A DNA stretch of 32,000 nucleotides from Methanopyrus kandleri AV19 (GTDB lineage Archaea; JAADCQ01; Methanopyri; Methanopyrales; Methanopyraceae): contig NC_003551.1 in NCBI RefSeq assembly GCF_000007185.1, positions 360,001-392,000 of the forward strand, in the 5' to 3' direction. Below, one piece after another: positions 9,130 to 19,181 of this stretch (its first letter is position 1; the number at the start of each line of letters is the position of its first letter). A model generated the notes under the pieces. It worked only from the letters and a program-made list of their open reading frames with translations, had not been told where the DNA came from and did not search any database. Both the position numbers and the translations under genes were made by a program.

Positions 9130-9858
9130 TCAGGGACCCTCCACACTCTCCCTCTCCAGTATTTTGCTCTCGAAATCTCCTTTCGTGATCTCGTTAAGCT
9201 TCTCGAAGAACTCGTCCTGCAGTCCCGCCGGTAAGCGGACTACGGCCACCCAGGCGCCGTCGTACTGCCACTCCTCCCGCTCGATATCGCCGAATTCGCG
9301 CACGACGCCCATAGCCTGTCCGGTGTACTTCGCGGGGATACGGATGGCCACTTTCACTTCCTCAAACTTCATCGGTAGGACCGGACGCAACTGCTTGATG
9401 ACGTCCTTTACCTGCTCCTCGGCACTTTTCATAGGGTCGATGTGAACACCGGCCTCCTCCATGGCCCGCTCGATCCGCTCAGGAGGATGCGGGGCCCCCG
9501 TTCTGGGATCCACCGCACGGCGGGCGATTATGTGGATGATTTTCCGTTTGACCTCTTCCTGCATCCTTCTTCGTTGTTCCGCGGTTAGCTGTATTTCCCC
9601 CTCCTTGATCACGATTTCCGCGACCTTAATGGGATCGGAAGTGCCGAAAAGTTCCTCCATCGCTTGCTCTGAGGCTCTCTCACCCTTCCTAGCGTCACGA
9701 AAGACTTGTTCCACGGCCAGTATCTCCTCAACGTCCACGTCTTCACCTTCCCGGAATTTACGGGCCCCTTCGGGGTCTACGAGTACCTCGAAGCGCTCGC
9801 CTCCCTTCTCCAGACGCGCTACCACGGCGTCTTCTAGACTGACTCGGGCCATCGTCAT
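9130..9858 (-). CDS. Ribosome assembly factor SBDS
   Basis: [62 protein letters not shown]...[23 protein letters not shown], conserved SBDS signatures. Confidence 0.95.
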   Translation of the reverse strand: MTMARVSLEDAVVARLEKGGERFEVLVDPEGARKFREGEDVDVEEILAVEQVFRDARKGERASEQAMEELFGTSDPIKVAEIVIKEGEIQLTAEQRRRMQEEVKRKIIHIIARRAVDPRTGAPHPPERIERAMEEAGVHIDPMKSAEEQVKDVIKQLRPVLPMKFEEVKVAIRIPAKYTGQAMGVVREFGDIEREEWQYDGAWVAVVRLPAGLQDEFFEKLNEITKGDFESKILERESVEGP

Positions 9859-10595
9859 TCACCCTCGTCTTCCTCCGAACCGACTACACGTTCAAACATC
9901 TCCTCGATCTTCTTCCGCTCCAACTTCCGGAACCCTTGTTTATCGACGACGGCGATCTCGAGGTTGTCAGCGGTAGTCTCTTCCCGTGAGGCTTCGTACA
10001 GCGCCCGCACCGCGAGCTCGATGGCCTCTTGAAGGGTCATGTCCTCCCGGTATTCCTCTTCGAACACGTCCAACGCTTCCTGTCGACCCTCACCGATCGC
10101 CGTGGCTTTGTGTTCGGTCAGAGCACCGCTGGGATCGGTCTCGAACAGGCGACATCCCTTCGTGTCCACCCCGGCGATCAAAAGCGCGGTTCCGAAGGGT
10201 CGAACTCCTCCATGCTGCGTGTACACCTGCTTGAGGTCGCAGATAGCCTTCACGAGCACGTCCACATCGATCGGCTCACCGTAAGTGTACCGATACGTCT
10301 GTGCCTCGATCCTGGCGCGCTCGACTAACACACGAGCGTCCGCGACGAGCCCCGCCGTAGCCGCTCCAATGTGAGTGTCGATCTGGTAGACTTTCTCTAT
10401 GGACTCGGGCTCGATCAGCTTGGAGGTGACGCGCTTATCGACCCCGAGGACGACACCCTCTTCCACTTTAATCCCCAGAGCCGTAGTGCCACGCTTGACG
10501 GCCTCGCGCGCGTACTCGACCTGGAACAGTCGACCGTCCGGGCTGAAGACGGTGATGGCCCGGTCATACGCCGTCTGAGCGGGTTGCACGGCCAC
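9855..10595 (-). CDS. psmA: Proteasome subunit alpha
   Basis: [51 protein letters not shown], diagnostic alpha-subunit signature. Confidence 0.97.
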   Translation of the reverse strand: MAVQPAQTAYDRAITVFSPDGRLFQVEYAREAVKRGTTALGIKVEEGVVLGVDKRVTSKLIEPESIEKVYQIDTHIGAATAGLVADARVLVERARIEAQTYRYTYGEPIDVDVLVKAICDLKQVYTQHGGVRPFGTALLIAGVDTKGCRLFETDPSGALTEHKATAIGEGRQEALDVFEEEYREDMTLQEAIELAVRALYEASREETTADNLEIAVVDKQGFRKLERKKIEEMFERVVGSEEDEGE

Positions 10596-11089
10596 TACCC
10601 CCGATTCTCCTCAGGCAGTGGACATTCGAAGCTAGCGAACGCCACTATACGACCATCCTCCACGACGTCGACTTCACCGTTCTCGTACAACACGAACTCG
10701 CGGTTCCCCACCCGCTCACGGTCCCATTTCGGGATTCGAGAGAGGTACCGTTCCGCCCCTTTAATCGTTCCGGAGGTACCGAGAACCTCGATGAAAACAC
10801 GCCCGAGCTTCGGATCCCGACGGTATAAGGATAATGCCGCACGTGCCTCCTCCTCTTGACCCCGTCGCACCCTCAAGATACCCGCGTTGAGATCACGGTA
10901 ACTACGTACGAGCCATGGTCCGATCCGGCCGGTTCCCGTGGGCCCCAGCACCGAAAGTAGAGCCCGAACGACGAGGTCCTTCATCCCCCCGAAGTCCAGC
11001 GCTTCGACGCGCTCCGACCATACCTTGAACGTTACATAACGCCATCTGGGGCGGAGTGCGGAGGACAGACGCACACGCATGTGTTTCAC
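10595..11089 (-). CDS. rnp2: RNase P protein component 2 (Pop5/Rpp14 family)
   Basis: [14 protein letters not shown]...[47 protein letters not shown]...[12 protein letters not shown] matches archaeal Pop5. Confidence 0.9.
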   Translation of the reverse strand: MKHMRVRLSSALRPRWRYVTFKVWSERVEALDFGGMKDLVVRALLSVLGPTGTGRIGPWLVRSYRDLNAGILRVRRGQEEEARAALSLYRRDPKLGRVFIEVLGTSGTIKGAERYLSRIPKWDRERVGNREFVLYENGEVDVVEDGRIVAFASFECPLPEENRG

Positions 11090-11820
11090 CCCAGTGAGAC
11101 GACGCCTGGCACTGTGAAAACGTGCTTACACGCCGCGTTCCACCGGAGGATTTCCCTGGGAGCCTCGACACACATCTCCTTCACCTCGCTATCTTCAAAC
11201 CCCATAAGTTTCAGGAGATCCTCCACCTGCTTCGGTCTGATCAATTCCAGTGGATCACGTGCGCCCAGCGCCACGGTCGTCGGAAACCGTTTCCTACGGC
11301 GCAAGCGTAAGAGATCGCGAATTCGAGAGACCTGCCACGCGAGTCGCTCGCCCTCCCGTCGGAACAGTCTCGATAGGTCGATCTCCACGTAAGTCCACTT
11401 CTCCCGTGCCAGCTCGATCTCGTACTTACCCAAACCAGCGTGGGGATTACCGCGCTCTGGATGTGATAGCAGATCCACCCTAGTATCGGAGACAGCAGCT
11501 CGATTGATTTTAGGGTCGCCGCCGCCGACGGCGAGTAAGTACACGAGGGGTCGTGTTCGGCGGATCGCTCTACGGAGAGCCCCCGCAGACTCCGCCTCCA
11601 ATTTGCAGCCGGGTAGGACGAGCACGCTCTCAACGTGTTCACGGATATCCCGGATCTCCTCGATGAGCCACCTCAGATCGTCAATATTCAGACGCTCTGC
11701 TTCCAGCTCCAGACAGAGGACGGCGATCTCGTAGTCCAAACGCTCGGCGGCCAGAGCCATCCTCAGGGGGTCTACCTCGTCGACGTGAACTCGAAGGGCG
11801 AAGTTCTCGGAAACCCTCAA
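11086..11820 (-). CDS. rnp3: RNase P protein component 3 (Rpp30 family)
   Basis: PHP-like TIM-barrel fragments (RTRPLVYLLAVGGGDPKINRAAVSDTRVDLLSHPERGNPHAGLGKYEIELAREKWTYVEIDLS) and adjacency to Pop5. Confidence 0.88.
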   Translation of the reverse strand: MRVSENFALRVHVDEVDPLRMALAAERLDYEIAVLCLELEAERLNIDDLRWLIEEIRDIREHVESVLVLPGCKLEAESAGALRRAIRRTRPLVYLLAVGGGDPKINRAAVSDTRVDLLSHPERGNPHAGLGKYEIELAREKWTYVEIDLSRLFRREGERLAWQVSRIRDLLRLRRRKRFPTTVALGARDPLELIRPKQVEDLLKLMGFEDSEVKEMCVEAPREILRWNAACKHVFTVPGVVSLG

Positions 11821-12278
11821 TCGTTGGAGAAGATACCGAGCCGCTCTAGCGTCTTTATGCCCCCCTCGCGGCTCGCAGGGTAGCTCTCCAGGTTGACTTT
11901 CACCCTGATCACATCGTCTGCGTCCGATATCCGCAGCTCCCCCTTGTAGGCGCTCTGCTTGTCGAAGCGCAGGTAGAGGTTGCCCTTGTCGTCTACTCGC
12001 CGCTCGATGTCACTCCACACGCGCCTCCGCTCCTCCTCCGGTATGTTCTCACGCCAGTGTTCCAGAACTCGCTCGATGTACTTCGGTCTGTCGATCTTGA
12101 CTTGAAAGATGGTGATCGGGTTCCCGTGGTGTCCCTCCGCGTAGAACGTCTCGGGCTCGACGTCTCCCTCCTCGAGGACACCACCTAATACGTTCGCCAA
12201 CGCCTCGAGAACTTTCTTCTCGTCCTCAGTAGCGTGGGCGATCACGCGGGCCGAGATACTGTTGACGGGGAGAGTCAA
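11817..12278 (-). CDS. Predicted RNA-binding protein (COG1325-like, exosome-associated neighbourhood)
   Basis: SARVIAHATEDEKKVLEALANVLG...EPETFYAEGHHGNPITIFQVKI...LYLRFDKQSAYKGELRISDADDVIRVKVNLESYP; conserved between the L15e and RNase P genes. Confidence 0.8.
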   Translation of the reverse strand: MTLPVNSISARVIAHATEDEKKVLEALANVLGGVLEEGDVEPETFYAEGHHGNPITIFQVKIDRPKYIERVLEHWRENIPEEERRRVWSDIERRVDDKGNLYLRFDKQSAYKGELRISDADDVIRVKVNLESYPASREGGIKTLERLGIFSND

Positions 12279-12311
12279 GGTACGACCCCGATGAGGGCGC
12301 GGCGAAGGGGA

Positions 12312-12926
12312 TCACTTACCGCGCCTCCTGTGGGCCCGAAGGCTCGGTCTGACTTTCTCGGCACCCTTACCGCGCTTCCGCAGTCCTCGAGCCTTCTTGC
12401 CCGCCCCGGTCTTACCACGGAACACGCGTCCTTTCTGGGACTTCTGACAGATCCAGTTAATGCGGTGGTCGCTCTTGATCTGCGGGTGATACGGGTCTAC
12501 CATTATCACCTCATAGTACTTGTACTGACCGTCCTCACCGACCCAGTAGGAATTGAGCACCTCCAGGTTCGGGTACTTACGCTGGGCGCGCTCCTCGGCT
12601 ATCCACTGCTTGCTCTTGCCCGGTGAGAACTTGTTCTTACCCATACGCTTGGGACGACGACCCTTCTTCGGTCTCGACTTGCGACGACCTCCCTTGGGTA
12701 CGCGTACGCGGACGACCACGTAGCCGGGCTTGGCTCGGTACCCGAGTCGACGTGCTCGCTCGATTCTCGTCGGACGCTTAATACGCTGGACCGACGGTCC
12801 CTTACGCCACTTCGGGAGACGCTCCTTCAACAGCTCTCCGACGTAAGAGTCCTTGGGTCGCTTCCACGCCTCCCGCTGGTACTTGTACATCGACACGGCA
12901 TCCACCCCTTCGCGGCCGGCCCACAC
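12312..12926 (-). CDS. rpl15e: 50S ribosomal protein L15e
   Basis: [14 protein letters not shown]-like start, [73 protein letters not shown]. Upstream MWAGREGV extension is doubtful; the start is probably about 12894-12900. Confidence 0.93.
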   Translation of the reverse strand: MWAGREGVDAVSMYKYQREAWKRPKDSYVGELLKERLPKWRKGPSVQRIKRPTRIERARRLGYRAKPGYVVVRVRVPKGGRRKSRPKKGRRPKRMGKNKFSPGKSKQWIAEERAQRKYPNLEVLNSYWVGEDGQYKYYEVIMVDPYHPQIKSDHRINWICQKSQKGRVFRGKTGAGKKARGLRKRGKGAEKVRPSLRAHRRRGK

Positions 12927-12969
12927 CGACTTAAGAGTTTACCGTGAAGGATCATCCACGGGTTGACGC

Positions 12970-13710
12970 CTATGGGGACGAGCCTTCCTCGATCTCCTCG
13001 AGGGTCTCGGCCACCAGCTGTCTGACGGCGTCTCGCCCCTCTCGAACCCTGGTGAGGAAGATCTCGGAGGGCCCGACGCGTCTTAGGACCTCTTCGACTA
13101 GCTCGTCGGTAGGCTCCACGTCGAGCTCCCTAAGCCGAGCCCTGACCACGTTACGGGCTGCCTTGATCACTTCGGTGGCGAACTCGGCGTCGGACCGATC
13201 TGCAAGGTGCACGATGAGGGCTTCCGGTGTGTTCGGAGGTACCGGAGATCCGCGACCGTGATGTGCGGCCACCGCGTGGATGAGTTCCACCGGCGCACCT
13301 CGAGCGTACAGCTCCGCCGCGATCAGTGTGAGGTGGTCCAATCGACGTCCGAAGTCGGAGATCTTGTACCGCTCCTCGCGCCGCTCGTAGGACGTCGCCT
13401 TACCCAAGTCGTGGAGTATCGCGGCCGCGATCACGAGGTCACGGTCCACCTCCAACCCGTAGATTTCCTCGAATACCTCGGCCATCGCGAGGGCGAGTTT
13501 GGTTGTTGCCACTGTGTGTTCGAGCAATCCCCCTGGGTAAGAATGATGTTGTCTGCGGCTAGCCGGAGCCTCCTCGACGGGCTCGGGATCGGGTACTTCT
13601 TCGTGGGCGAACCCCTCTTCCAAAACCTTCATAACGAGTTCTCGCAGGCCCTCGTCTTCGATACTTTCGACGAGCTCCTTCAGCTTCAGTTTCAACTCCT
13701 CGGTCCTCAA
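12970..13710 (-). CDS. HD-domain metal-dependent phosphohydrolase
   Basis: [19 protein letters not shown]...[18 protein letters not shown]...[27 protein letters not shown]...[13 protein letters not shown]. Confidence 0.85.
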   Translation of the reverse strand: MRTEELKLKLKELVESIEDEGLRELVMKVLEEGFAHEEVPDPEPVEEAPASRRQHHSYPGGLLEHTVATTKLALAMAEVFEEIYGLEVDRDLVIAAAILHDLGKATSYERREERYKISDFGRRLDHLTLIAAELYARGAPVELIHAVAAHHGRGSPVPPNTPEALIVHLADRSDAEFATEVIKAARNVVRARLRELDVEPTDELVEEVLRRVGPSEIFLTRVREGRDAVRQLVAETLEEIEEGSSP

Positions 13711-13773
13711 GCTCGTCTCCCCTCGGGGGCTCGAAAATGGTCGAGGGGACTTCCTTTCTGCTGGGAGCGTAGG

Positions 13774-15273
13774 TTGCCCGATCGGGTACGGATCTTCGAC
13801 ACGACGCTAAGAGACGGTGAGCAGACACCGGGCGTCAGCCTCACGGTGGAGGAAAAGGTCGAGATCGCGAGGAAGTTGGACGAGTTCGGCGTGGATACCA
13901 TCGAAGCGGGCTTCCCCGTAGCCAGTGAGGGTGAGTTCGAGGCAGTGAGGGCGATAGCAGGCGAGGAACTGGACGCGGAGATATGCGGGTTGGCCAGGTG
14001 CGTGAAGGGGGACATAGACGCGGCGATCGACGCCGACGTGGACTGCGTGCACGTGTTCATAGCCACGTCGGACATCCACCTCAGATACAAGTTGGAGATG
14101 TCCCGGGAAGAGGCATTGGAGCGTGCCATAGAGGGCGTGGAGTATGCCAGTGACCACGGAGTCACCGTGGAGTTCTCCGCGGAGGACGCCACACGGACGG
14201 ACCGGGACTACCTACTCGAGGTCTATAAAGCTACCGTGGAAGCCGGCGCGGATCGTGTCAACGTCCCGGATACTGTGGGAGTTATGACCCCTCCCGAGAT
14301 GTATCGACTGACGGCGGAAGTTGTCGACGCCGTAGACGTGCCGGTCAGCGTGCACTGCCACAACGACTTCGGCATGGCCGTGGCCAACTCATTGGCCGCC
14401 GTCGAAGCCGGGGCTGAACAGGTTCATGTGACCGTGAACGGGATCGGCGAGCGTGCCGGTAACGCCTCGCTGGAACAGGTCGTAATGGCCCTCAAAGCGC
14501 TGTACGATATCGAGTTGGACGTGAGGACCGAGATGCTCGTCGAGCTCTCACGGCTCGTGGAGCGACTGACGGGCGTCGTAGTACCGCCGAACACCCCGAT
14601 AGTCGGCGAGAACGCCTTCGCCCACGAGTCGGGGATTCACTCCCACGGCGTGATCAAGAAGGCGGAGACGTACGAACCTATACGGCCCGAGGACGTCGGT
14701 CATAGACGGCGTATAGTACTAGGTAAGCACGCCGGTCGGCACGCGATCAAGAAGAAGCTCGAGGAGATGGGGATCGAGGTCACGGAGGAACAACTCGACG
14801 AGATCGTTCGGCGCGTCAAGGAGCTCGGGGATAAGGGCAAGCGCGTCACCGAAGACGATCTTGAAGCCATAGCCCGAGACGTCGTCGGCGAGGTACCCGA
14901 GTCCGAAGCTGCGGTCAAGCTGGAAGAGATCGCCGTGATGACCGGGAACAAATTCACGCCGACGGCGTCGGTCCGTGTGTACCTGGACGGTGAAGAGCAC
15001 GAAGCGGCATCGACCGGTGTGGGCTCCGTTGACGCGGCGATACGGGCACTGCGCGAAGCGATCGAGGAGCTCGGTATGGACGTGGAGCTGAAGGAGTACC
15101 GCCTAGAGGCCATCACCGGGGGCACCGACGCCCTCGCCGAGGTCACGGTGAGGTTGGAGGACGAGGACGGGAACGTCACCACGGCCCGCGGTGCCGCCGA
15201 GGATATCGTGATGGCCAGCGTGAAGGCGTTCGTTCGGGGCGTGAATCGGCTGGCACGTCGACGTAGGGACTAA
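13774..15273 (+). CDS. leuA: 2-isopropylmalate synthase-family enzyme (LeuA/CimA type)
   Basis: [94 protein letters not shown], plus a C-terminal LeuA dimerisation-like domain. TTG at 13774 is in frame; the 13207 ORF start is an artefact. LeuA versus (R)-citramalate synthase is not separable by eye. Confidence 0.85.
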   Translation: MPDRVRIFDTTLRDGEQTPGVSLTVEEKVEIARKLDEFGVDTIEAGFPVASEGEFEAVRAIAGEELDAEICGLARCVKGDIDAAIDADVDCVHVFIATSDIHLRYKLEMSREEALERAIEGVEYASDHGVTVEFSAEDATRTDRDYLLEVYKATVEAGADRVNVPDTVGVMTPPEMYRLTAEVVDAVDVPVSVHCHNDFGMAVANSLAAVEAGAEQVHVTVNGIGERAGNASLEQVVMALKALYDIELDVRTEMLVELSRLVERLTGVVVPPNTPIVGENAFAHESGIHSHGVIKKAETYEPIRPEDVGHRRRIVLGKHAGRHAIKKKLEEMGIEVTEEQLDEIVRRVKELGDKGKRVTEDDLEAIARDVVGEVPESEAAVKLEEIAVMTGNKFTPTASVRVYLDGEEHEAASTGVGSVDAAIRALREAIEELGMDVELKEYRLEAITGGTDALAEVTVRLEDEDGNVTTARGAAEDIVMASVKAFVRGVNRLARRRRD

Positions 15274-16295
15274 CGCGTCGGGTCCTCCAACCCTAACTCT
15301 TCCGCCACTTCTCGAACGGCACGCACCGATCCTTCCGGGAGCTCGATACCCTCCCGAAGTGCGCGTTCTCGGCGTCGGAACTCCGGCTCTCCCGGAAGGA
15401 GAACATCATCTCCGGCGGATTTAACTTGCGATATCAACCTTTCAAGCCGCTCGTAGTATTCATGCTCATCGACCAAGGTCGACAGGTCGAGCGCCACGAA
15501 CACATCACCCTTGTTGCACGGAACCGTGGGATCAGTAGTCCCCTGAACATCCTTCCCGGCGGCAGCCCCGACGACGGGACCCGCCAGCACCTCGAGTGCC
15601 AAGCACAGGGCGTACCCCTTGTGTCCCCCGAACGGTAGTAGTGCCCCTTCGAGGGCCTCCTCGGGATCCGTGGTGGGCTCTCCGTCGGGCCCTACGGCCC
15701 AGTCCTGAGGTATCTCCCTGTTCTCTCGCAACGCCTGAAGGATCTTCCCCCTCGCGACCACGCTCGTGGCCATATCGACGACGATAGGTGGACCGTCCCT
15801 ACGAGGGAACGCGATGGATACCGGATTGGTTCCTAGCACAGGTTGGGAGCCACCGTAAGGGGCGACCGCGGGTTCCGTCCCGCAGGTCGTGAATCCGATG
15901 AACCCCCGTTCGGCGACCAGCGTCGTGTAGTACCCGGCGATCCCGTAGTGAGACGCGTTACGAACAGCCACCATACCTAATCCGTGCTTCCGGGCGAGTT
16001 CGACGGCCTCCAGTGTTGCCCGATACCCGACGACGTGTCCCAGCGAATGATCGGCGTCGTAGAGTACGACCGAGGACTTCCTGGAGATTTCCTCTATCCT
16101 CATCTCGGGACGGATTGCGCCCCTCTTGATCCCTTCGATATAACCAGGCAACCTCAGGACGCCGTGGGAGTGGAATCCGCGAAGGTCTCCCTCCACGATG
16201 ACTTCGGCGGCGGTCCGAGCGTCTTTACGCGGCACGCCGACGGCGTGGAGAGCTTCACTGACGAAGTCCGTCAAATCCTCAGGCCGTATTTTCAA
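15270..16295 (-). CDS. comC: Malate/L-sulfolactate dehydrogenase family; probable (R)-sulfolactate dehydrogenase (ComC)
   Basis: [59 protein letters not shown] family motifs, adjacent to comE and comA-comD. Confidence 0.8.
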   Translation of the reverse strand: MKIRPEDLTDFVSEALHAVGVPRKDARTAAEVIVEGDLRGFHSHGVLRLPGYIEGIKRGAIRPEMRIEEISRKSSVVLYDADHSLGHVVGYRATLEAVELARKHGLGMVAVRNASHYGIAGYYTTLVAERGFIGFTTCGTEPAVAPYGGSQPVLGTNPVSIAFPRRDGPPIVVDMATSVVARGKILQALRENREIPQDWAVGPDGEPTTDPEEALEGALLPFGGHKGYALCLALEVLAGPVVGAAAGKDVQGTTDPTVPCNKGDVFVALDLSTLVDEHEYYERLERLISQVKSAGDDVLLPGEPEFRRRERALREGIELPEGSVRAVREVAEELGLEDPTR

Positions 16296-16298
16296 CGA

Positions 16299-16859
16299 TC
16301 ATCCCTCCCGCAGCGCTCGAACGAACCGCACCTTGATCTCCTCCGGATCCAAATCTATTAAGGGAACGTCAGCGTTTCCAGGCTCGACCTCTAGCCTTAC
16401 CATACGAGGACCTTCCGTCGCGAGCGCATCTTCTAAGGCTACTTCAGCGGACTCGGGTTCGGAGGCCTCGAAGTACGTCAACCCATGGGCCTCAGCCACC
16501 TTCTCCCAATCGATGCGATCGGACGGCGTAGGCTGATCGCCTGTAGTGGCGTACGTGGAGTTGTCGATGAGCACGAGGGTATAGTTACGCGGTCTCTCTT
16601 GAGCGATCGTAGGGAGAACCCCCATGTTCATCATAAGACCGCCGTCTCCTTCGATCGCCAGTACCTCCCGATCGGTACAGAGCGCCAGTCCGAGACCGAC
16701 CGAGCAGGACTGACCCATCGCCCCCAACATGTAGAAGTTGAGGCGCCGGTCGTTAACACGGTAGAGCTCCCGGGCCGGGAAACCCAGGTGGACCGTCACT
16801 ACGGCATCGTACCGCTCGGCCACGTCGGCAACTACTCTCAGAGCTTCAATTCGCTTCAT
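16299..16859 (-). CDS. comE: Sulfopyruvate decarboxylase beta subunit
   Basis: TPP-binding half: GAMGQSCSVGLGLAL...VLAIEGDGGLMMNMGVLPTIA...NYTLVLIDNSTYATTGDQPTP. Start ATG at 16859 (alternative at 16865); the ORF-track extension to 17162 lies antisense to comA and is rejected. Confidence 0.9.
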   Translation of the reverse strand: MKRIEALRVVADVAERYDAVVTVHLGFPARELYRVNDRRLNFYMLGAMGQSCSVGLGLALCTDREVLAIEGDGGLMMNMGVLPTIAQERPRNYTLVLIDNSTYATTGDQPTPSDRIDWEKVAEAHGLTYFEASEPESAEVALEDALATEGPRMVRLEVEPGNADVPLIDLDPEEIKVRFVRALREG

Positions 16860-16932
16860 GCCCATCGACCCCGCGTCGCCCGGTCCCGAATACACTAAAG
16901 CCGTTCCCCCCGGATCGGCCGGAGGGCGCCCG

Positions 16933-17703
16933 GTGAAGGCGTTCGAGAAGTCCGTGAAGATTCCCAAGGTGGACGGCGCGACGGTCATGCTGGACAAGGG
17001 ATTGACACCCGAGTTCGTGGAATCGTTCCTGAAAGTCGCCGGAGAGTACGTGACGGCCGTCAAGCTGGGATGGGGCACGGCCCGGCTCATCGACAAGGAG
17101 ATCGTCGCGCGAAAGGTCGAGATGTACGTGGATGCGGGGCTGGACGTGTTCCCGGGAGGCACCCTGGCCGAGATAGCGATTGCTCAGGGTAACTTCGAGG
17201 GGTACTTGAACGAGCTCGATGAGCTGGGATTCAACGCGATCGAGATCTCAGACGGTATGATCCCAATGTCCATCGAGAAGAAGTGCGAGCTCATCGAGCG
17301 GGCGTGCGAGCAGGGTTTCACCGTCTACGCCGAGGAAGGTAAGAAGAGAGACGAGGAGTACTCCGTGCTTTCGCCATCCGACATCGTGGGGCGCATGAAC
17401 AAGTGCGTGGAGGCCGGTGCCGAGTACGTGATCGTCGAGGCCAGAGAAAGCGGTAAGCACGGTCCGATGGGAGCGGAGAAGAGGGAGCGCGTGCGCGTAC
17501 TCTCGGAGATCGTTAAGGGAGTCGGGATTCAGCGCGTGATGTTCGAGGCTCCGGAGAAGGAGCAGCAGTTCGAGCTGATCGTCAAGTTCGGTCCTGAGGT
17601 CAACATCGCGAACGTCCCGCCGGAGGAGGTGATACCGCTAGCCACACTGCGGGCGGGTCTCAGAGCGGAGACCATGGGCCGGGTCGCGCTGGACGGGGAA
17701 TGA
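16933..17703 (+). CDS. comA: Phosphosulfolactate synthase
   Basis: GATVMLDKGLTPEFVESFLKVAGEYVTAVKLGWGTARL, GLDVFPGGTLAEIA, LGFNAIEISDGMI, YVIVEARESGKHG. GTG start at 16933 (MKAFEKS...) preferred over 16858. Confidence 0.92.
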   Translation: MKAFEKSVKIPKVDGATVMLDKGLTPEFVESFLKVAGEYVTAVKLGWGTARLIDKEIVARKVEMYVDAGLDVFPGGTLAEIAIAQGNFEGYLNELDELGFNAIEISDGMIPMSIEKKCELIERACEQGFTVYAEEGKKRDEEYSVLSPSDIVGRMNKCVEAGAEYVIVEARESGKHGPMGAEKRERVRVLSEIVKGVGIQRVMFEAPEKEQQFELIVKFGPEVNIANVPPEEVIPLATLRAGLRAETMGRVALDGE

Positions 17704-17706
17704 CGC

Positions 17707-18210
17707 TTGAACGTCGATGACGCCATCGTCGAGGCGCTAGAGGAGGCTGGAATCACCTTCGCCTGCTGGCTACCCTGTTCCCTCTTGGACGGGATCATCA
17801 GGCGATTGGAAGAACACCCAGAGATCCGAACGGTCAGGGTGTCCAGGGAGGAAGAAGGCGTAGGGATCTGCGCGGGAGCTGCCCTCGCGGGCGAGAAACC
17901 CGCACTGATAATGCAGAACTCGGGTCTCGGTAACTCCGTCAACGCTCTCTGCTCACTCACCTTAACCTACCGACTCCCACTGCTGATGTTGATGAGTCAC
18001 CGTGGCTACCTGTTCGAAGACATCCCGGCACAGGTGGGGATGGGGAAAGCGGCGCCTAAGATCTTGGAAAACCTCAATCTACACGCGTTCACGATCGAGC
18101 GGCCGGAAGAGCTGGACGTGATACCGGGTGCCTGGAAGCTCGCCGAGACTGCGGGCGAACCCGTCGGTGTATTCTTAAGTCCGAGACTGTGGCGTCAGAC
18201 GGGCCGATAG
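17707..18210 (+). CDS. comD: Sulfopyruvate decarboxylase alpha subunit
   Basis: AGITFACWLPCSLLDGIIRRL, SREEEGVGICAGAALAGEKPALIMQNSGLGNSVNALCSLTLTYRLPLLMLMSHRG; TTG start immediately after comA. Confidence 0.93.
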   Translation: MNVDDAIVEALEEAGITFACWLPCSLLDGIIRRLEEHPEIRTVRVSREEEGVGICAGAALAGEKPALIMQNSGLGNSVNALCSLTLTYRLPLLMLMSHRGYLFEDIPAQVGMGKAAPKILENLNLHAFTIERPEELDVIPGAWKLAETAGEPVGVFLSPRLWRQTGR

Positions 18211-19169
18211 AAGACGTGGAAGCAGTCCCAACTCTTCTCTACGATCACGTCATGCAGCTCTTCGAACGACGGCTCGTACAGTTCCACATCGAGTCCGCGC
18301 CACCGGACCACTTCGCCGACGAGCGGCCGGTACCCTCCCTCTCGGTCGTGGAGCGATGCATGTGGATATCCGAAAGCTGCGGCGATCTCGAGACCGTAGT
18401 CCAGAAGCGTTTCAATGAGGTCGAGAGTAGCATCGAGCCCCAGCAGATGTATGTGATGTTCGATGAACAACTTCGGTGGATCATCCGATTCCAGTAGCTC
18501 AACCATACCCCGAATTACCTCCAACTCAGCTCCTTCAACATCCATTCGTACATAAGTGGGCCTCTCGCCGAGTTTTTCAGACAACTCGTCGAGTGTTATC
18601 GACTCAACCTCTATGTAATCACCATCCTCGGCGTTAACGATACGATGCCAATTAGATCTATTTTCCAGAATCATGCGAATCCTACCACACTTATCAGATA
18701 CTGCATACTCGAAAGCTTTAACCCTATCTTCCAAATTATTAAGAGCTATATTCTCCCTAAGTAATTCCAAGTTTTCCCTCACGGGTTCGATAGCATACAC
18801 TCGAGATCGCTCAGAAGCTAACGCTGTAAGAATAGCGTAATAGCCAATATTTGCTCCAACATCAAAAGCTATTTCTTCATCATTAAGAAATTTACCAACA
18901 AGATATTTGGACGCTTTCGGTTCACGAATATTGCGAAGCCGAAGTTCTCGTGATACACCAGCATCATTTGTATGAACACGAAGATGAAAAGAAACATCTT
19001 CTACCTGTACGCGCACGATGTCACAATTAGATTTCAATTTGTCCATTATAGCGTCCACTGTTTCAGTGAGTAGCACACATCCCGCGTACAATAGTCTAGA
19101 CCCAAGTCGACGCGGTCGATCCCCCATTCCAGGATAGAGACCGAGAGCAGTCTGGAAACGCTTTCGCAA
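18195..19169 (-). CDS. FkbM-family methyltransferase
   Basis: EEIAFDVGANIGYYAILTAL...RVYAIEPVRENLELLRENIALNNLEDRVKAFEYAVSD...YVRMDVEGAELEVIRGM...LFIEHH. Tail-to-tail 16-nt overlap with comD. Confidence 0.9.
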   Translation of the reverse strand: MRKRFQTALGLYPGMGDRPRRLGSRLLYAGCVLLTETVDAIMDKLKSNCDIVRVQVEDVSFHLRVHTNDAGVSRELRLRNIREPKASKYLVGKFLNDEEIAFDVGANIGYYAILTALASERSRVYAIEPVRENLELLRENIALNNLEDRVKAFEYAVSDKCGRIRMILENRSNWHRIVNAEDGDYIEVESITLDELSEKLGERPTYVRMDVEGAELEVIRGMVELLESDDPPKLFIEHHIHLLGLDATLDLIETLLDYGLEIAAAFGYPHASLHDREGGYRPLVGEVVRWRGLDVELYEPSFEELHDVIVEKSWDCFHVFYRPV

Positions 19170-19181
19170 GTGAAAGTTCCC

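Noticed and set aside
13207-13773. Long N-terminal extension of the LeuA-family ORF (688 aa in the ORF track)
   Set aside because: It is antisense to the HD-domain gene (12970-13710), lacks family homology, and the conserved start of the synthase is at [16 protein letters not shown] with an in-frame TTG at 13774.
16866-17162. N-terminal extension of the comE ORF (287 aa in the ORF track)
   Set aside because: It lies antisense to the comA coding sequence and is low-complexity Ser/Thr-rich; the ATG at 16859 or 16865 begins the conserved region.
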